Shown here piece after piece: positions 60,660 through 64,000 of a stretch of 64,000 bases of DNA. Each line of letters starts with the position of its first letter. Position 1 is the first letter of the stretch. The translations under genes and the position numbers were made by a program. The stretch is from positions 1 through 64,000 of the forward strand of contig CAVVVS010000077.1 in assembly GCA_963751355.1 (NCBI GenBank), given 5' to 3'. Source of the stretch: an uncultured Ignavibacteriales bacterium (GTDB lineage Bacteria > Bacteroidota > Ignavibacteria > Ignavibacteriales > Ignavibacteriaceae). The notes beneath the pieces were generated by a model, which saw only the letters and a list, made by a program, of their open reading frames with translations, made no database searches and was not told where the DNA came from.

Positions 60660-61079
60660 TTAAAAAATAACTCCGGATTGAAGAATTACATTACAAAAAG
60701 GTGTAGCTTCACCAGTTCTTAAAAACATCATGTTATTGCTTTCTCTAGTCAGTATTTTAAAATCATCGTGAGGAATTTTTTTTAATTCCAAATCCGGGAA
60801 TAATTCTCTTACCTTTAAAAAAATAAAGTTACTCTTTTCTTCGAGCTCATTCGCAACGGTTACCTCTTCTATTTCCAGTTCATTAATCAGGGCTTTTAAT
60901 GTATCAATCAGTTTAGGAATTCCGGGCACAAGAGAAATGTCGACAACCTCAGAACCGAAAGGGAGGGGAAAACCACAATCGCATACTACAAGTTTATCAG
61001 TATGTCCGAGCCTTGCAAGCATGCCAGATAATTTATGATTTAATATACCGTTCTTTTTCATAACACTTCCTTTTTCCAA
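60660..61079 (-). CDS. rbsD: D-ribose pyranase (RbsD/FucU family)
   Basis: ILNHKLSGMLARLGHTDKLVVCDCGFPLP matches the RbsD N-terminal block. Confidence 0.7.
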   Translation of the reverse strand: MEKGSVMKKNGILNHKLSGMLARLGHTDKLVVCDCGFPLPFGSEVVDISLVPGIPKLIDTLKALINELEIEEVTVANELEEKSNFIFLKVRELFPDLELKKIPHDDFKILTRESNNMMFLRTGEATPFCNVILQSGVIF

Positions 61080-62002
61080 TTAGTGTTAGTATTAAATAAA
61101 TTATTAATCTCTTCTCTGAACGGAGCGGAAGATTGTGCTCCTAATTTTCTAACTGAGATTGCAGCCGCAGCATTAGCAAATTTTACAGCCTTTATGATAT
61201 CCATTCCCTCCGAAAGTCCAACTGCAAGTGCTCCGTTGAAAACGTCTCCTGCAGCGGTAGTATCAACCGCTTCCGTTTTATACGAAGGAATAAAATTAGA
61301 AAAATTTCGATTTGCTACATAAGCTCCTTTTTCGCCCAATGTAATAATTACAGAGTCTATCCCTTTCTCTAATAAAAAATGAGCAGCTTCTATAATTGAA
61401 TTGTCATTCGTTATTTTTAATCCCGTTAAAATTTCAGTTTCTGTTTCATTTGGGGTAATAACGGAAATGTTTTTTAAAAAATCGTCGCTTAGTTTTTGAG
61501 CAGGTGCCGGGTTGAAAATGATTTTAACATTTGCTTGATTCGCAATCTTTGCTGCATACTCAACCGTTGCAACCGGTATTTCCAATTGCATTAAAAGTAT
61601 TTCGGAACTTAAAATATCTGCCTTAGTATTTTCAATATGTTGGGGCATCAATTGATAATTAGCACCTGGAGCTACTGCTATACTATTTTCACCGGAAGAT
61701 CCGACAAAAATTAATGCAACTCCGGAAGGAGCAGAATCGTTTTTTACAATATTGTCAATATTGATTTCTTCATCGAGAAAATTTTTTAATGCTTTCTCAC
61801 CGAACATATCATTCCCGACACAAGTTATAAAATTTACACTACCTCCCGCTCTGGCAGCGGCTACTGCCTGGTTAGCACCCTTGCCGCCCGCGGCAGAAAA
61901 AAATTCTCCCCCGATAATTGTTTCGCCCGGTTTCGGGATTTTTAATGTTTTAACTACCATATCGGTATTTGAACTACCGATAACCGTAATTTTTTTCGAC
62001 AT
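61058..62002 (-). CDS. rbsK: Ribokinase (PfkB family)
   Basis: GGKGANQAVAAARAG and DTTAAGDVFNGALAV motifs. Confidence 0.75.
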   Translation of the reverse strand: MSKKITVIGSSNTDMVVKTLKIPKPGETIIGGEFFSAAGGKGANQAVAAARAGGSVNFITCVGNDMFGEKALKNFLDEEINIDNIVKNDSAPSGVALIFVGSSGENSIAVAPGANYQLMPQHIENTKADILSSEILLMQLEIPVATVEYAAKIANQANVKIIFNPAPAQKLSDDFLKNISVITPNETETEILTGLKITNDNSIIEAAHFLLEKGIDSVIITLGEKGAYVANRNFSNFIPSYKTEAVDTTAAGDVFNGALAVGLSEGMDIIKAVKFANAAAAISVRKLGAQSSAPFREEINNLFNTNTNWKKEVL

Positions 62003-62017
62003 AATAAACTTGTGCTG

Positions 62018-62737
62018 TTATTTTACTTTTTTGCGTTTGTAACAAAATTCTATATCACACAAAGAGCATTCATAATCTTCTTTTTTCACATCCGGTCCCA
62101 ATCCTATAAAGCCGCTGATTGATTTTATCGGTATCATCAGTGCACTTTCGGTTAGTTTTATCCCGCAAAAATTTTCCGGTAAAAAAGAAAAAAGTTTGTG
62201 CTGTTCTTTAACCGACCATCCGCAATACCCCGGGCTGTATCTGTTGGTAATATTCCATTTTTTATCTTTTACTTCTTCAAGCAAGTAATTTTCAAGAATA
62301 TCACCGGCTCGTTCCACTATCTCCGAACCAATGGTATCAATTACATATCCCTTCAGCATTTCTCCCTGGGTCATTAATTGGCTAGACCATTCCGTAATTT
62401 TAGGTCCGGCTGTCGCAGTAAAAATTGCAATTGTAATTGATTTTCGAAGTCTTCTTGTAATTATAGGAGCAGTTTCAAAGTTGGTGGAACAACATGATAA
62501 AAACCGTTTTTCTGCTTTGAAATTTTCCGGGGGGAGAATAGTAAATCCTGCATGGATATCGGCATAATCAGGAATAAAATCTATTATCGAATCAATCTCT
62601 TCATAAACAGGCATTGGAGCCTGATCCGGTTTATATCCCATTGCCTTAACAACATCTTCAGGTGTAAGCGAGATTTCATTTAAACTAATATTGTATTCGT
62701 AGGTATTTTTTTTCACTGAATCTTTCCCGGTTAACAT
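62018..62737 (-). CDS. Stand-alone MetH-activation-domain-like protein (PF02965-like), a putative corrinoid reactivation/SAM-binding component
   Basis: NRYSPGYCGW...LFSFL...GIKLTESALMIPIKSISGFIGLG resembles the RYSFGYPACP...LTESFAMWPAASVSG block of the methionine synthase reactivation domain. Confidence 0.45.
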   Translation of the reverse strand: MLTGKDSVKKNTYEYNISLNEISLTPEDVVKAMGYKPDQAPMPVYEEIDSIIDFIPDYADIHAGFTILPPENFKAEKRFLSCCSTNFETAPIITRRLRKSITIAIFTATAGPKITEWSSQLMTQGEMLKGYVIDTIGSEIVERAGDILENYLLEEVKDKKWNITNRYSPGYCGWSVKEQHKLFSFLPENFCGIKLTESALMIPIKSISGFIGLGPDVKKEDYECSLCDIEFCYKRKKVK

Positions 62738-62873
62738 TTTACTCCCGGATTAATATGTATCATTTAGCTAATGACCGATATTACAAAAATAATCTTTATC
62801 TTATTCTTAATCATATTAAACTCAAGTAAGATTTGGATTAAGAGCAAGTTTAAGATTGTCTATTCAAGATGTC

Positions 62874-63545
62874 TTAAGAAGCATACACAGAGTTAATATA
62901 TTCCAAAGCACCCTGAGGATTGGATGAGTATGCATTCGCTCCTATCTTTTCAGCAAAATCCTGGCTTATCGGCGCACCCCCAATAATTATATTTACTTCA
63001 GGATGCACTTCCTTTATTCGTTTCACGATTGCCGCCATATTCTGCATTGTGGTGGTTAGCAGGGCACTCATACCTATAAACTTAAGTGAATTTTCTTCAA
63101 TTGCTTTTATGAATTTATCTGCGCTAACATCCACTCCGAGATCAATAACATTCCATCCGCCTCCTTCAATTACCATACCTACTAACTTTTTACCTATGTC
63201 GTGAAGATCCCCGGTGACGGTACCCAAGGCGATGGATTCTTTATGTTTTATATTGCCGGACTGAAAATGCGGTCTCAGCAGAATCATTGCACTGCTCATT
63301 GCTTTTGCTGAAATAAGTACGTCGGGCACAAATATTATATTATCTCTAAACTTTTCACCGACTACCTTCATTCCTTTCATCAACCCGTTATTTAAAATCT
63401 CATTTGGCATGATTCCGATATCAAGAGCTTTTTGAGTCAATTCCACTGCACCATCCTGCCCTTTCATGTCCGGAGGGAAAGGGGATTGCAGGTTTACCTT
63501 ACCGCGCTCTATACATTCTGCTAATTTTGATAATAATTCTTCCAT
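62874..63545 (-). CDS. Corrinoid (cobalamin-binding) protein, MtaC/MtbC-like
   Basis: B12-binding cap followed by a Rossmann-like domain with the DxHxxG motif (GDLHDIGKKLV). Confidence 0.8.
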   Translation of the reverse strand: MEELLSKLAECIERGKVNLQSPFPPDMKGQDGAVELTQKALDIGIMPNEILNNGLMKGMKVVGEKFRDNIIFVPDVLISAKAMSSAMILLRPHFQSGNIKHKESIALGTVTGDLHDIGKKLVGMVIEGGGWNVIDLGVDVSADKFIKAIEENSLKFIGMSALLTTTMQNMAAIVKRIKEVHPEVNIIIGGAPISQDFAEKIGANAYSSNPQGALEYINSVYAS

Positions 63546-63809
63546 TAAATATTAACCTTTATTACCCGAGTTTAAATTAAAGAATTTTGCATCGTTTTAT
63601 GTTAACGTTAACATAAAAATAGCTCCAAAAAATAATTTGTGCAAATTAATTGTAAAAAGTTTTCATTAAATCTGCATACACTAACTTCAATTAAGCCGGT
63701 AATTTTAATTTTGCCCCAAAAATAAATGTAAATAACATTCAATTTTGGAAACATTTAGAAGATTTTTATAAAAGATTAATTATTTAAAAAAATAAGTTTG
63801 AAACTTATT

Positions 63810-64000
63810 TTAAATTTTTGCTTGGGTATTTTTTCTTTTCCAATATAAATAAACCGGAACTCCGATTCCAAGTAAAATGATTCCTGCAATTGCTTGTTCA
63901 GGTTTCTCTATGAGTGTGTTTATTACAAACCAAACAGCTGTTAGAATAAAAAATAATGGGACAAAAGGATATCCTGGAGTTTTATATTTGCGATCAGCTC
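63810..64000 (-). CDS. C-terminal fragment of a membrane protein (possibly a transporter) that extends beyond the window end
   Basis: Open minus-strand frame ending ...ILLGIGVPVYLYWKRKNTQAKI* at 63810. Confidence 0.3.
   Translation of the reverse strand, partial: ADRKYKTPGYPFVPLFFILTAVWFVINTLIEKPEQAIAGIILLGIGVPVYLYWKRKNTQAKI

Overview
This 64 kb AT-rich segment of a bacterial chromosome is most consistent with an FCB-group organism (Ignavibacteria- or Bacteroidota-like). Supporting this are a T9SS C-terminal sorting domain protein, OmpA proteins with thrombospondin-3 repeats, a DUF2723 membrane protein and many lipoproteins. No rRNA, tRNA, CRISPR array or transposase was seen.

The window falls into four parts:

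- 1 to 17.8 kb: every gene is on the minus strand and separated by unusually long intergenic regions (0.3 to 0.8 kb). A conserved element of about 40 to 45 nt ('AATCAATCG..CAAAGGGATGAAAAAGGGACTAATCCTTTGG') occurs nine times in this stretch, always in the same orientation and always 35 to 310 nt upstream of a minus-strand transcription unit. These units encode envelope or secreted proteins (two OmpA-family proteins, lipoproteins, an SPFH protein), a tandem pair of B12-binding radical SAM enzymes, and one of two paralogous orphan NarL/FixJ-type response regulators. This looks like an undescribed regulon or cis-element family and is the most striking feature of the window.
- 18 to 28 kb: membrane and SAM methyltransferases, two GNAT acetyltransferases, an acyl-ACP thioesterase and a TolC/adaptor/RND efflux operon.
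- 29 to 34.4 kb: two copies of a ~255 to 300 bp direct repeat (a 47-bp indel accounts for the length difference). Each copy supplies the upstream region and ATG of a plus-strand gene. Together they bracket an AT-rich insert holding a T9SS-CTD protein, an S1 (alpha-lytic-like) protease and a free-standing paralog of the protease N-terminal pro-region. A single-protein NERD-nuclease/UvrD-like helicase follows, which is a defense candidate.
- 34.6 to 64 kb: housekeeping and accessory genes (recQ, ppa, a GH100 invertase, an S9 peptidase, a NlpC/P60 peptidase, a frameshifted aldo/keto reductase, a polyferredoxin plus FAD oxidoreductase pair, and a DUF2723 protein). The segment ends in a minus-strand pentose operon (xylFGH-like ABC transporter, rbsK, rbsD, cupin lyxose isomerase). 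Unusually, this operon has a corrinoid methyltransferase module embedded in it: a URO-D-family methyltransferase, a MetH-activation-domain-like protein and an MtaC-like corrinoid protein.
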